A stretch of DNA of 64,000 nt from the human T2T-CHM13v2.0 reference genome, Homo sapiens, in NCBI RefSeq assembly GCF_009914755.1, contig NC_060926.1. One strand, written 5' to 3'. A program made the position numbers and the translations under genes. The notes under the pieces are model-generated. The model was not told the DNA's origin, made no database searches, and worked only from the letters and a program-made list of their open reading frames with translations. Positions 24,956 through 37,955 of this stretch are shown piece by piece. Positions within the stretch are counted from its first letter, which is position 1. Each line of letters begins with the position of its first letter.

Positions 24956-25297
24956 CAGTTGACCCCTGAACAATGTGGAGGTTGGGGCACTGACCACAGG
25001 TGCAGATGAAAACCTGTGTAGAACTTTTGCATTTCTAACTTAAGTACTAATAGCTTACTTTTGACTGCTAGCCTTAATGATAAAATAAATAGTTGATTAA
25101 CACTTTTTTAAGTTATTTATATCATATACTCTATTATTCCAATAAACTATGCTAAAGAAAAAAATGTAATTAAGTAAATTATAAAAATGAGAAAATATAT
25201 TTACTACTTATTAAGTACTTGCTTACAGGTGACACACACAGAAGAAAATACAAGTGGATCTGCAAATTTCAAACCCAATTTATTCAAGGGTTAACTG
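24956..25297. mobile_element. Tigger2a/MER28-like MITE
   Basis: Terminal inverted repeats CAGTTGACCCCTGAACAA ... TTCAAGGGTTAACTG. Confidence 0.7.
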
Positions 25298-25471
25298 TAC
25301 CAGGATGAATATAGGAGTCTCTATCTGTATTCTAGGGCTTTCTCTTTGCTGTACCTCTGCTCACTTCCAATGGCAATATACATGTCTTATGTTCTTTACA
25401 GTCTTGGGCAGAGAACTCTGCCTGCATGCATTGCTGACCAAATGACCTGGAATGTGTATCTCTTAGGAAAG

Positions 25472-25860
25472 TGCTATGGTTTCACTGTGTCCTCCAGAAT
25501 CCATCTGTTGTAAAGTTAATTCTCAGTGTAATGGTATTGCCAATTGGGGCCTATTGGGATGTGTTTAGATCATGAGTGTGGTGCCCTCTAGTGGAATACA
25601 TTAATGCCAGTATAAACAGCAATTGTGGGGCTGGGATCTCTCTCTCTTCTGCTTGTCTGTCATGTTAAGACATGGCCTTCCTTCCTTTGAAGGACCCCAA
25701 ACTCCAGGCATCATCTTGAAAGCAAAGAAAGCAGACCTTAACCTGCCCATGCCTTGAACTTAAATTTCCCATTCTCCAGAAGTGTAAGAAAATAAATTTG
25801 TGTTCTTTATGAATTACTCAGTGAAAAGGAATCTGTTACAGCAGCTTGAAATAGAACAAG
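25472..25860 (+). mobile_element. MaLR LTR (MST/MLT1-like)
   Basis: TGCTATGGTTT start; TCCAGAAGTGTAAGAAAATAAATTT 3' motif. Confidence 0.6.
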
Positions 25861-27972
25861 AGAGACAGCTCACAATCAGTGAGGACAGGATGAGGTGTAT
25901 ACATACTTCAGCTTCCTCATCTCTCAGGTGGAACAGCCCGGAGGAATTTAGTCCATGTTTCCACAGGTGGTTGATCTTCAGTTCTCCTGAGTCAGGTGGG
26001 TTGTTGATGCGTCTTTTACAATTCATCTTCTGTTCCCTTCCTCACTTTCCTCCTTTTCTCCCAGCGTAAATTTGCTGCCTAAACAGGAATCCTTATTGCA
26101 GGTGGACCCAAACTAAGACAGTAAAAAAAAAAAAAAAAAAAAAATCGTTAATCTTTTGTATGAGGGGTATTTCTCATCTGAATTCTAATAATTTCTTTTT
26201 CTTTGACATGTAGGAATATTCAGGAAGCACTTAATTTTTCTTTACCAATCTATTTCAGATTGAATTTGTGCAGTGATTTTGTTTTTCTGTGTGTTAAAAC
26301 CAAAAATTAAGTTGTAGGTCACCAACCTGCTGAATGGACTCCTCTTTTGACAGAAAGCACTTCAAAGAAATTTGGAAAACTAGATTAGGCCATGACTGGC
26401 AGGTTTAGATGTGCCTCATTATACTCTCCTCCCTTTGGAGTTCAGACACAACTGACCAGCATTATCATTACAACAGAGATCTCTGGACTGATGAAACAGA
26501 TACTTTTTAGCAATAAGATACCATACTCCAATGTGACAGATAATAGGCCCTGGAGAAAATAAAAATATTTTATCCTAAAAATATTTCTTTGACATATTCT
26601 GAAGTGGCCCTGCAAAGCTACCTGTTGTGGGGGAAAATTGCATTCTATAGAGAATCTCCTCCCCTTACTAAGTCTTTTCCAAAGAGTCTGACATTTTTTT
26701 CTAAGGTCTGATAATCAACATTCACCATCTACTTTATTTACTACCCATAGGATTCATCTACATGACAAGAACCCCCCATTTTCTAGACTCAAGCATTTCT
26801 TTATGATGAATTCAACTCTTTAGGCAGAGCTTAACTCTTTCAACCAGTTGCCAATCAGGAAAGCTTTGAATCCACCTATGACCTGGAAACCCCTGCTTCA
26901 AGCTATCCCACCTTTCCAGGACAAACTTATGTGTATCTTATATGTACTGATTTATGTCTTTGCCTGTAATTTCTGTGTCTCCTAAAGTGTATAAAACCAA
27001 CGTAAAATCCAACCACCTTAGGCATATGTTTGCAGGACCTCCTAAGGCTGTGTCACAGGCCATAAGCCATATATTTGGCAAAATAACCTGTAAATTGATT
27101 GAGACCTGCCTCAGATAGTGTTTTGCTTACACTAGGTCACAAAATTTTAAAATGCCTAAACCGCAGCAGCCCGGCATTCCTCCAGGACCTCCTCCCCCGG
27201 GATCTTGCTTCAAGTGCTGGAAATCTGGCCACTGGACCGAGGAATGCCCACAGCCTGGGATTCCTCCTAAGCCGTGTCCCATCTGTGCAGGACCCCACTG
27301 GAAATTGGACTGTCCAACTCTCCTGGCAGCCACTCCCAGAGCCACTGGAACTCTGGCCCAAGGCTCTCTGACTGACTCCTTCCCAGATCTTCTCAGCTTA
27401 GCTGCTGAAGACTGATGCTGCCCAATCGCCTTGGAAGCCTCCTGGACCATCACAGACACTTTGGGTAACTCTTACAGTGGAGAGTAAGTCCATCCCCTTC
27501 TTAATCAATGTGGAGTCTACCCACTCCACATTACCTTCTTTTCAACGACCTGTTTCCCTTGCCGCCATAACTGTTGTGGGTATTGACGGCCAGGCTTCTA
27601 AATCTCTTAAAACTCCCCAACTCTGTTGCGAACTTGGACAACATTCTTTTATGCACTCCTTTTTAGTTATCCTTACCTGCCCAGTTTCCTTATTAGGTCG
27701 AGACGTTTTAACAAAACTATCCACTTCCCTGACTATTCCTGGGCTACAGCCACACCTCATTGCCACCCTTTTCCTCACTTCAAAGCCTCCTTTGCATCCT
27801 CCCCTGTGTCTCCCTGCCTTAATCCACAAGTATGGGATACCTCTACTCCTTCCTTGGCAACTGATCATGCACCCCTTACCATCCCGTTAAAACCTAATCA
27901 CTGTTACCACTAGAGCCTGTTATCACCCACCTGTTACAACATGGCCTCTTAAAGCCTACAAATTCTCCTTAC

Positions 27973-28441
27973 TGAGGGAAGAGAGAGACCCTCTCATATT
28001 GTTTTATATTGTTTTATACTCAGTACCTGTTTTAAGAGTAAAAATCAAGGAAGTGAAATCAGAGACAGGCAGCCCGGCGCCAGGCCTGGGCCTGCCTGGC
28101 CTAAACCTAGTAGTTAAAAATCATCTCATGACTTAGCAACCAATGTTATCCATAGATTCCAAGCATTGTATGAAGAACATTGTGAAACTCCCTGTTCTGT
28201 TCTGTTTGACTCTGACTACCAGTGCATGAAGACCCTGTTACATAACCCCTAGATTGCTCAATCAATCACGACCCTTTCATGTAAAATCTTTAGTGTTGTG
28301 AGCCCTTAAAATGGACAGAAATTGTGCACTCAAGGAGCTCCGATTTTAAGACAGTAGCTTGCCGATGCTCCCAGCTGAATAAAGCCCTTCCTTCTACAAC
28401 TCGGTGTCTGAGAGGTTTTGTCCATGGCTCATCCTGCTACA
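27973..28441 (+). mobile_element. Solo LTR (LTR2 family, LTR2B-like, HERV-E group) inserted in HERV-H pol
   Basis: TG...CA termini; 4-bp TSD TTAC (27969-27972 and 28442-28445); removing it restores RT motif NSPYNSPILP; AATAAA near 28378. Confidence 0.85.
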
Positions 28442-31400
28442 TTACAACTCCCCTATCCTACCCATCCAGGAACCAGACAAATCTTACAGGTTGGTTCAGG
28501 ATCTTTGCCTTATTAATCAAATCGTCTTTCCCATCCACCTTATAGTGCCAAACCTCTACACCCTCCTATCTTCAATACCCCCTTCCACAACTCACTATTT
28601 TGTTATTGACCTCAAAGTCACCTTCTTTACTATCCCCTTGTATCCCTCCTCTCAGCCTCTTTTTGCCTTTACTTGGACTGACCGTGACACCCACCAATCC
28701 CAACAACTCACCTGGACTGTTCTGCCCCAAGGCTTCAGGAACAGCCCACACTACTTTGGCCAGGCCCTTTCTCATGATCTGCTTTCTTTTCACCTGTCTG
28801 CCTCCCACCTTATTCAATATTTTGATGATCTTCTTCTTTGCAGTCCCTCTTACCAATCTTCCCAGCAGGACACTACCCTGCTTCTTCAACATCTCTATTT
28901 AAAGGGGTACCGAGTATCCCCCTCCAAGGCACAAATTTCTTCCCCTAGTGTTACCTATCTCGGTATAATCCTCCATCAGCATACACATGCCCTTCCTGCA
29001 GACTGTGCTCAGTTAATCTCCCAGACCCGAATCCCCACCACAAAACAACAACTCCTTTCCTTCTTAGGCATTGTTGGATATTTCCGACTCTGGATACCAG
29101 GCTTTGCTATCCTAACAAAACCACTTTACAAGCTCACAAAAGGTAACTTAACTGATCCCATAGACCCTAAGTTTTTTGCCCATTGTTCTTTTTGCTCTCT
29201 CAAAAAGGCCCTGGAGACAGCTCCCACACTAGCACTCCCCAACTCGTCCCATGCTTTTTCCTTACACACAGCTGAAATACAAGGCTGCGCTGCTGGAGTC
29301 CTCACACAGGAGCCAGGCCCATGACCTGTTGCCTTTCTATCAAAACAACTTGACCTCACAATTCTGGTGCAGCCCTCATATTTGCGTGCAGCAGCAGCTG
29401 CTGCTGTAATACTTCTGGAAGCCCTCAAAATCACAAGCTATGCTCCACTTACCCTCTACAGTTCTCACAACCTTCAAGCATTAATATCCTCCTCACACCT
29501 TTCACACTTACTGTCTGCCCCTCGACTCCTCCAGCTCTATTCATCTTTTATTGAAACCCCAACAGTAACTATTGGCCATGGGCACGATTTCAACCCAGCT
29601 TCTCAGTTAGTAACCAACACAAGTCCTGAACCACGTGACTGCATTTCCCTAATACACATAGGATCTTCCTCCTTTCCTCGTATTTCTATTCTTCGAATTC
29701 AAAATCCAGACCACCCAATCAATTTTCACCAGGTAAGCTGGATATGCTGTCATGTCCCACATCTCTATTATTGAAACTGCTGCACTTCCTCCCTCCACCA
29801 CTTCCCAACAAGCCAAACTGATTGCTTTAACTCATGTGCTCTCTCTCGCTAAGGGAATGCACATTAACATTTATACTGACTCCAAATATGCTTTCCACAT
29901 CTTCCATAACCATGCTGCCATCTGGGCTAAAAGAGGCTTCCTTACCACACAAACCTCTTCCATTATCTATGCCTCCCTAATAAAGGTCCTCCTTAAGGCT
30001 GCTCTCCTGCTGGCCAAGCCTGGAGTCATTCATTGTAAAGGACACCAGAAACCTACTCATCTTATTGCAAAAGGAAATGCCTATGCCGACAGGACAGCAA
30101 AAGAAATAGCCAATGCCTCCACACCCGCTAATATTCCAGCTCCCACTCCAGAGGACCAGTATTTTTCTTCCTTATCTATCACTACCACCTACTCTTTTGA
30201 AAGCCTGCTCTACTAGTCTTTTCCAACTCAGGGAAAGTGCTTCTTAAATCATGGAAAATTCATTCTTCCTGCCTCACAAGCTCAGTCCATGCTTTCTTTC
30301 CTTCATGACCACTTCCATGTGGGATACAAGCCTCTGGCTCGCCTCCTGCAGCCCCTCATCTCCTTCTCTTCATGGAAATCCATCCTTAAGACAGTCACCT
30401 CTCAATGCTCGTCTACCATGCCACCAGCCCCCAAGGCTTTCTCAGCCCTCCTCCTTTTCCTACGCATCAGGCTCATGGATTTACTCCAACACAAGATTGG
30501 CAGATTGACTTCACTCATATGCCCCATATCTGTAAATTTAAATATCTCCTGGTTTGGATTGACACCTTCACTGGGTGGGTTGAGGCATTTCCCACTATCT
30601 CTGAAAAGGCTACTGCAGTCATTTCTTCCCTTCTAACAGACATAATTCCCTGATTTGGCCTCCCTACTTCTATTCAATCTGACAATGGTTTGGCTTTTAT
30701 TAGTCAAATCCTCCAAGCTGTCTCTCAAGCTCTTGATATTCAGTGGAAACTTCATACCCCCTACCATCCTCAGTCTTCAGGAAAGGTAGAAAGGAGTAAT
30801 GGTCTTTTAAAAACACACCTCACCAAGCTCAGCTTCCAACTTAAAAGGGACTGGACAGTATTTCTACCACTTGCCCTTCTCAGAAGTAGAGCCTGACTTC
30901 AAGATGCTACAGGGTACAGTCCATTTCAACTTTTATATGGACTTACTTTCTTGCTTGGCCCCAACCTTGTTCCAGACACCAGCCCTCTGGACAACTATCT
31001 TCCAGTCCTCCAGCAGGCTAGACAGGAAATTCGCCCGACTGCTAATCTTCTCTTTCCTACTCCAGATTCCCAGCCATATGAAGACACCCTAGCTGAATGA
31101 TCAGTTCTTGTTAAGAGTCTGAGCCCTCAAACTCTACAGCCTCGATGGACTGGACCCTACCTAGTCATCTATAGCACCCCAACTGCTGTCCATCTGCAGG
31201 ACCCTCCCCATTGGGTTCACCATTCCAGAATAAAGCTGTGTCCATTGGACAGCAAGCCTGATCTCTCCTCTTCCTCCTGGAAGTTGCAAGTACTCTCCAC
31301 TACTTCCCTTAAACTCACTCACATTTCTGAAAACAGTAATAACCCTTATGAACCTAATATGTTCCTTCATTCTATTAGGTCTATTCATCCTTACTCTACT

Positions 31401-31632
31401 TTTTGCAACAGGGCTTTACACAGTCACCCCCACTACTTGGACTGTGCCCCAAAACTTGTCATCCCTACTATCTTCTGTCTAGTCATACTCCTATTCACCA
31501 TTCTCAACTACTCATAAATGCCCTGCTCTTGTTTATACTGCTGGTTTACACTGTTTCTCCAAACCATCACAGCTGATATCTCCTGGCCCTATTGCCAAAC
31601 CACCACTCTTGACTTCCTCTTGGAGTGGATAG

Positions 31633-33382
31633 ATGATCTTTGCTGGCAGGGCACACTCCAATATTTTCACCATGATGAAGTCCTATTCTTTATTTTTATA
31701 CTCACTCTTATTCTCATTCCCATTCTTATGCCACCCTCTCCCTCTCCCCAACTATCTCCACTACACTATCAGTCTCACTCACTCTCTCCAAGCCATTTCT
31801 AATCCCTCCTTAGCGAACAATTGCTGGCTTTGCATTTCCCTTTCTTCCTGCGCTTACAAAGCTGTCCCTGCCTTACATACCTACTGGGCAACATCTCCTG
31901 TCTCCGTACATCTCCGAACTTCCTTTAACAGCCCTCACCTTTACCCTCCTGAAGAACTTCTTTACTTTCTAGACAGGTCCAGCAAGACCTCCCCAGACAT
32001 TTCACATCAGAAAGCTGCTGCCCTTCTTCGCACTTACTTAAAAAACCTTTCTCCTTATATCAACTCTACTCCCCCCATATTTAGACCCCTCACAACACAA
32101 GCTGCTATTCCTGTGGCTGCTCCTTTATGTATCTCTCGGCAAAGACCCACTGGAATTCCCCTGGGTAACCTTGCATCTTCTCGATGTTCCTTCACTCTTG
32201 ATCTCCAAAGCCCAGCTACACATACCACTGAAACAATTGTGGCTTTCCAGCTCCATATTACAGATAAGCCCTCTATCAGTACTGACAAACTTAAAAACAT
32301 TAGCAGTTATTATTGCTTAGGAAGACATTACCCTGTATTTCACTCCATCCTTTGCTGCCTTCCCCTTGCTCTTCAGACTCTCCTCCCAGGCCCTCTTCTT
32401 GTTTGCTTATACCCAGCCCCGTAAATAACAGTGAAAGGTTGCTCATAGACACTCGACACTTTCTCTTACACCATGAAAATCGAACCTTCCCCTCTATGCG
32501 GTTACCCCATCAGTCCCCATTACAACCTCTGATGGCTGCCGCGCTAGCTGGATCCCTAGGAGTCTGGGTACAATACACCTCTTTTAGTACTCCTTCTCAT
32601 CTTTTCACTTTGCAGCTCCGGTATTGCCTTGCACAAGGTCTCTTCTTCCTCTGTGGATTCTCTACCTACATGTGTCTATCTGCTAATTGGACAGGCACAT
32701 GCACACTAGTTTTCCTAAGTCCCTAGATTCAATTTGCAAATGGGACCAAACAGCTTCCTGTTCCCCTCATGAAACCGACACGATAAAAAAGTGTTATTCC
32801 ACTAATTCCCTTACTTGTCAGTTTAGGAATTTCTGCCTCCACTATTGCTCTCGGAACTGGAATAGCAGGCATTTCAACCTCTGTCACAACCTTCCTTAGC
32901 CTTTCTAATGACTTCTCTGCTAGCATCACAGACATATCACAAACTTTATCAGTCGTCCAGGCCCAGGTTGAATCTTTAGCTGTGGTTGTCCTCCAAAACT
33001 GCCAAGGCCTCGACTTACTGCTGAAAAAGGAGGACTCTGTGTATTTTTAAATGAAGAGTATTGTTTTTACCTAAATCAATCTGGCCTGGTATATGACAAC
33101 ATAAAAAAACTCAAGGATAGAGCCCAAAAACTCACCAACCAAGCAAATAATTATGCTGAACCTCCTTGGGCACTCTCTAATTGGATGTCCTGGGTCCTCC
33201 CAATTCTTAGTCCTTTAATACCTGTTTTTCTCCTTCTCTTATTCAGACCTTGTGTCTTCCGTTTAGTTTCTCAATTCATACAAAACCGCATCCAGACCAT
33301 CACCAATCATTCTATATGGCAAATGCTCCTTATAACAACCCCACAATACCACCCTTTACCCGAAAATCTTTCTTCAGTTTAA
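31633..33382 (+). pseudogene. HERV-H env pseudogene
   Basis: ORF pieces 31633-32424, 32313-32726 and 33185-33382 reconstruct SU+TM; frameshift near 32328, stops near 32725 and 32784, lesion in the ISD, CX6CC mutated. Confidence 0.88.
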
Positions 33383-33539
33383 TATCTTCTACACTATGTT
33401 CCCATGCCACCCCTAATCCCACTCGAAGCAGCCCTGAGAAACAATGCCCATTCTCTCTCCATACCACCACCAAAAATTTTTGCCACCCCAACACTTCACC
33501 AGTATTTTGTTTTTTCTTATTAATATAAGAAGATAGGAA

Positions 33540-33983
33540 TGTCAGGTCTCTGAGCCCAAGTTAAGCCATCATATCCCCTGTGACCTGCATGTATGCATCC
33601 AGATGACCTGAAGCAACTGAAGAACAACAAAAGAAGTGAAAATAGCCAGTTCCTGCCTTAACCGATGATATTCCACCATTGTGATTTGTTCCTGCCCCAC
33701 CCTAACTGATCAATTAACCTTGTGACATTCCTTCTCCTGGAAAATGAATCTCAGGAGCTCCCCCACAAAGCACCTTGTGACCCCTGACCCTGCCCACAAG
33801 AGAACAACCCCCTTTAACTGTAATTTTCCACTACCCTACCCAAATCCTATAAAACTGCCCCACCACTATCTCCCTTTGCTGACTCCTTATTCGGACTCAG
33901 TCAGCCTGCACACAGGTGATTAAAAAGCTTTATTGTTCACACAAAGCCTGCTTGGTTGTCTCTTCACACACACATGTGTGACA
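33540..33983 (+). mobile_element. 3' LTR of HERV-H (LTR7 family, probably an older subtype)
   Basis: TGTCAGG...TGACA termini, TATA (CCTATAAAA), ATTAAA polyA signal. Confidence 0.88.
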
Positions 33984-34209
33984 GATTACAGCCCTACTGA
34001 CACCTTAACATTAGCTCAGTGAGACTTCTGACACGGGGTACTATATTTTATTTGTGTGAAGCCAATAAGACTGTGGTGATTTAAACAGCAGCATTGGAAA
34101 CTAATGCAAGGGGAAGAGATGTCTTTCACCTCACTGAGAGCATGGTTGTCCTCTGTTCTTGGAAATATTTCCACCTTGTTATCTGGTGTCAATTATGACA
34201 TATTTTCTA

Positions 34210-35830
34210 GTATTTAAAGAAAAGATCTGCTGCCCTAAAATCCTATGTCCAGTAAAATTATTATTTAGAAATGAAGGACAAATTGAGAAGTCCTCAGTTG
34301 TAGAAAAACTAAGAGTATTTGCTGCCAGCAGATCCACTTTAAACATAGGCAAAATGAGCCCTAGGAAGATAAAACTAAAGATAAAGAGAGGATGTTAAAT
34401 AATGTTAGGGACAAAAGGCTACAAAAATGAGAAGATAGATGGATATAATGCATTGCTAAATCATGTGTGATAGTTGTATCAAAGTTGTAATACTGTTTTG
34501 TTCCTAATATATGCAGATAAATTACTTTTAAAAAACAATCTATTTACAATGGGGGAGGAAACATGACATAAAAAAGGTAAAATTCTATATTTATTTTAAA
34601 TGGTAATATATTGATGCCAACATACTGTGAGAAGCTATGCATATAAAGGAAATACCATGACAACCAATTTGAAAATCATTATAAAAAGAGATACCCCAAA
34701 ATTAGGTAAAATTAAAATGAAATTGTGAAGATGTTCAAGTAACCCAAAAGAAGGCAGCAAAAAGAAAACAGAGAAGCAAAAAAAGATATAGCAAAAAAGT
34801 AGAGTGCAGACTTAAATTTTAATATATCAATATCAATATATTAAATATGCAAATTATGAAACTTTGAAAAAGACAACAATTGATGAATAAAAAGAAATGT
34901 CCCAACTGTATGTTATCTACAAGACACTCACATCAAATATAACAGTATAAGTAGATTGAATATAAAAGGAAGGAAAATGGTATACTATGCAAACATTAAT
35001 AAAAAGAATCAGTAGCAAATACTAATATCAGATAAAGTAGACTACAGAGCCAAAGAATGTTACCAGGGGCAGAAAGGTACATTACATAATGAAGAAAGTC
35101 ATTTTGGAAAGAAGACAGAGCAGTTCTAAGTGCGTAGACACCAAGCAACAGAGCGATATAGTGCATGTGGCAGAAACTAACAAAACAATTGCACACAGAG
35201 ACTTCAAAAACCCCTTTTTAATCTTCGATAGGACAACTGGACAGAAAATCAGCAAGGATTTAGGACTCAACAATATCATCAACCCACGAGATCTAACTGA
35301 CATTTATAGAACACTCCAACCCATAACAATAGAAGTTCACATTTTTTTCTTCCAAGTGCCCACAACATATACCAAGATAGGACATATCCTGCCCACATAA
35401 CCTCTCAACATATTTGCAATAATTAAAATCACAGTGAATGTGTTCTCTGACCATGGAGGGATCAAACTAGAAATCAATATTGAAAATGTAACCCCCAAAT
35501 TTTCAAATATATGGGAACTATACAATATTGTTCTTTCCAAAGAACCAGCCTTTGGCTTGCCTGGTGTTCAGTGTCACTTTTTCTGTTTGCAGTTTTATTG
35601 ATTTCTGCCCTAATATTTATTATTTATTTTGCTCATGTTCTACTTCAGATATAAATTGCTCCTCTTTATGTAGTTTCATAAGGTGGAAGCTGAGATTATT
35701 GGTTTTATCCCTTTTATTTTCTGAAAAATACTCATATGCATATGTTTATCTACGTGCATACACATGCATAAATATGTGCAGATGCATATGCATACACGTG
35801 GTTTTAATACCATAAATTACCCTGTAAGTG
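34210..35830. mobile_element. Old L1 (L1M) fragments: plus strand to about 35520, then minus strand
   Basis: ORF1/endonuclease-like remnants (DLTDIYRTL, TYTKIGHIL); A-rich to T-rich switch near 35525. Confidence 0.6.
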
Positions 35831-37259
35831 CTGCTGAATACCTATGCGTATTTTCTTTTCTCTGAGCTCAAACTCCACTCACTTGCAAACCTGCCCACTT
35901 AATCTGCATGTTCATTGGTGTCTCAATCTAGAATTGAGCAAAAATAACAAACTCCTTTCATTTTATCTCAACTTTCTTGACCGCTAATACATTTAACATC
36001 AGTAAGTCAGAATCTATCTAATAGATTAAGGCCAAAGCTGCCAGGTCACTCCTAATCTGACTCTTCTCACACCAAGGAGTGTAAATGACATTGATTTAAA
36101 AATATGGTATCATCTGCCTATGTCTCCAACAATCTTCACTGCCCCAAAACTAGTTTATGCCAGGATCCACTTTGCCCAGATAAGCATCTCTTCTGCTTCT
36201 CACAGCCCAATTCGAGTCATTACTTTGCTAAAAAATAAATATGACCATGGGGGTACTTTGGTTAAAAAAATTCCCAGAATGTCCTGCTGTACTTACAAAG
36301 CATTTGCTCCCCAAACAGAAAATGAAGGCCTTATTAATTTCACATCAGTCACATGTGGTGATCTTTAAGACACTGAGAGAAAATGGCTCTGACCTGCCCC
36401 CTCACGAACTTTCTCTTTTTTACCTCGGTTGGTTAAGTCACTCTCCTCATAGTGCCTTTCTCTGTCCTTCACACGTTCATACTGTATTCCTTCTAAGCGC
36501 CTTGATTGTCATGAACCTCAGTGCCCTTCAGAAACTTCTCTTCAGGTCAGTTGTTCTCCTCATCCAGGTCAGTCACCTCCTCAGAAAAAGTAGCCTCTAC
36601 CTCCCTAACTAACTGACTCCTTTTCCTCATTAACCACTTCCTCTTCCCTTGCCATTTTTTTCCTTTATGACCCTTAACTTTTTCTAGAATCTTTTTGTTG
36701 ATTTATGTTTAATTAGACATGGCCTTTTTTTCACCAGAAAAGATATAGGTAAATGAGAGTCAGACACTGACTTTCTCAGGGGTGCAGCCTAGATACGTTC
36801 CTGGTCCAGCATAGTTGCTCAATTAACACTTTATTGAATGAATGAATAATGAAAAGTTAGTAAGAAACTCTCCAAGACATAATCAACACTCATAACCTAT
36901 ACACGTTGAAAACAACCCACTGAATGTAAAACATGGATTATTCTGAGTAATGAGAAGTTTGAATAGCAGTGTGCTGCTCTTCATAGTCAGCTCTTCATAG
37001 TCAGTGTGCTGCTCTTCATAGTTTGTATTTTGCTGGGGAGATAAGGAAGACATCCAAAGTCCATGATAATCAGGTAAGAGTATTCTTATCTTTTTTAAAA
37101 AACAAGCAAATAGACTTTGCAGTCACAAAAAAATTGCAATAAATGGGACTACACTATCACTTAACTCTATTGGCTCCTGTTCACAAAAACAGGTTGTATT
37201 ATTAACTCTTCTTTGAAAACAAACCAGCTCCAAACAAAATGCCATAAAATGAGTATGTG

Positions 37260-37596
37260 CAGTCCTCCCTCAGTATCCATGGGAAATAGTTTCCAGGGCA
37301 CCCTGCAGATATTCCAATTTTTGGAGACTCAAAACCTTTATGTAAAATGCACAATATTTGCATATAACCTACACATATCCTCCCGTACATTTCACACCAT
37401 CTCTAGCCTCCTTATAGTACCTAGTACGATGTCTACACATGACTTAACTTGTGTAGATTCATCCAAGTGTTACTCAGCACATGGCAAAGTCAAGCTTTGC
37501 TTTTTGGAATTTTGTGGATTTTTTTTTCAAAATATTTTTGATCCAGGATTAGTTGAATCCATGGATGCAGTTCCCATGGATAGAGAGCTGACTGTA
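37260..37596. mobile_element. MER2 MITE
   Basis: TIRs CAGTCCTCCCTCAGTATCCATGGG ... CCCATGGATAGAGAGCTGACTG. Confidence 0.75.
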
Positions 37597-37769
37597 CAGC
37601 TCCTTATAATTCTGAGGGTCAGCTCTGTGGTTCTTCCATTCTGGGCTGGCTGGACTGATCTCTGCTGAGTCCGCTCTTGTGTCTGCAGTTACCCTGTGGT
37701 TCATTTGCGACTGCATGGTCTGATGTGACTTCTTTAACCTATCTGGAAGCTGGTTTGATGTGCAGGTTG

Positions 37770-37955
37770 GACAACTTTTGGTATCGGTTTACATGGGTCA
37801 GGAAGATGGGTCCTATTCCCCAATCTGTATTAGGTTTGTTCCCAGATCAACTCTGGGGTTCAAGTCTATTCATTGTGGGTTGTTTGGGAGAAATTCTACA
37901 TGAACAAAGCTGAACTGCTGTCATTTATTGCTGTTAGCAGTTATTGTTATCCTCT
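37770..37955 (+). pseudogene. Possible degenerate V-kappa relic, plus strand
   Basis: TTACATGG (W at 37794)...TCTGGGGTT (SGV)...TATTGCTGTTAGCAG...TATCCTC resembling YYCQQ...YP; about 21 nt shorter than expected, no intact RSS. Confidence 0.38.

Larger units (their letters stand above)
27138..33983 (+). mobile_element. HERV-H provirus, 5'-deleted (gag 3' end, pro, pol, full-length but disrupted env, 3' LTR7-family LTR)
   Basis: Two gag zinc knuckles (CFKCWKSGHWTEEC, CPICAGPHWKLDC); RT LPQG and YFDD (28404-29324); RNase H and integrase fragments (WQIDFTH, SSGKVER); env MIFAG...CWLC; polypurine tract about 33527-33539. Confidence 0.93.

Noticed and set aside
28404-29324. Functional reverse transcriptase gene
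   Set aside because: N-terminus interrupted by an LTR, non-ATG start, stop before RNase H, protease motif degenerate, 5' LTR missing
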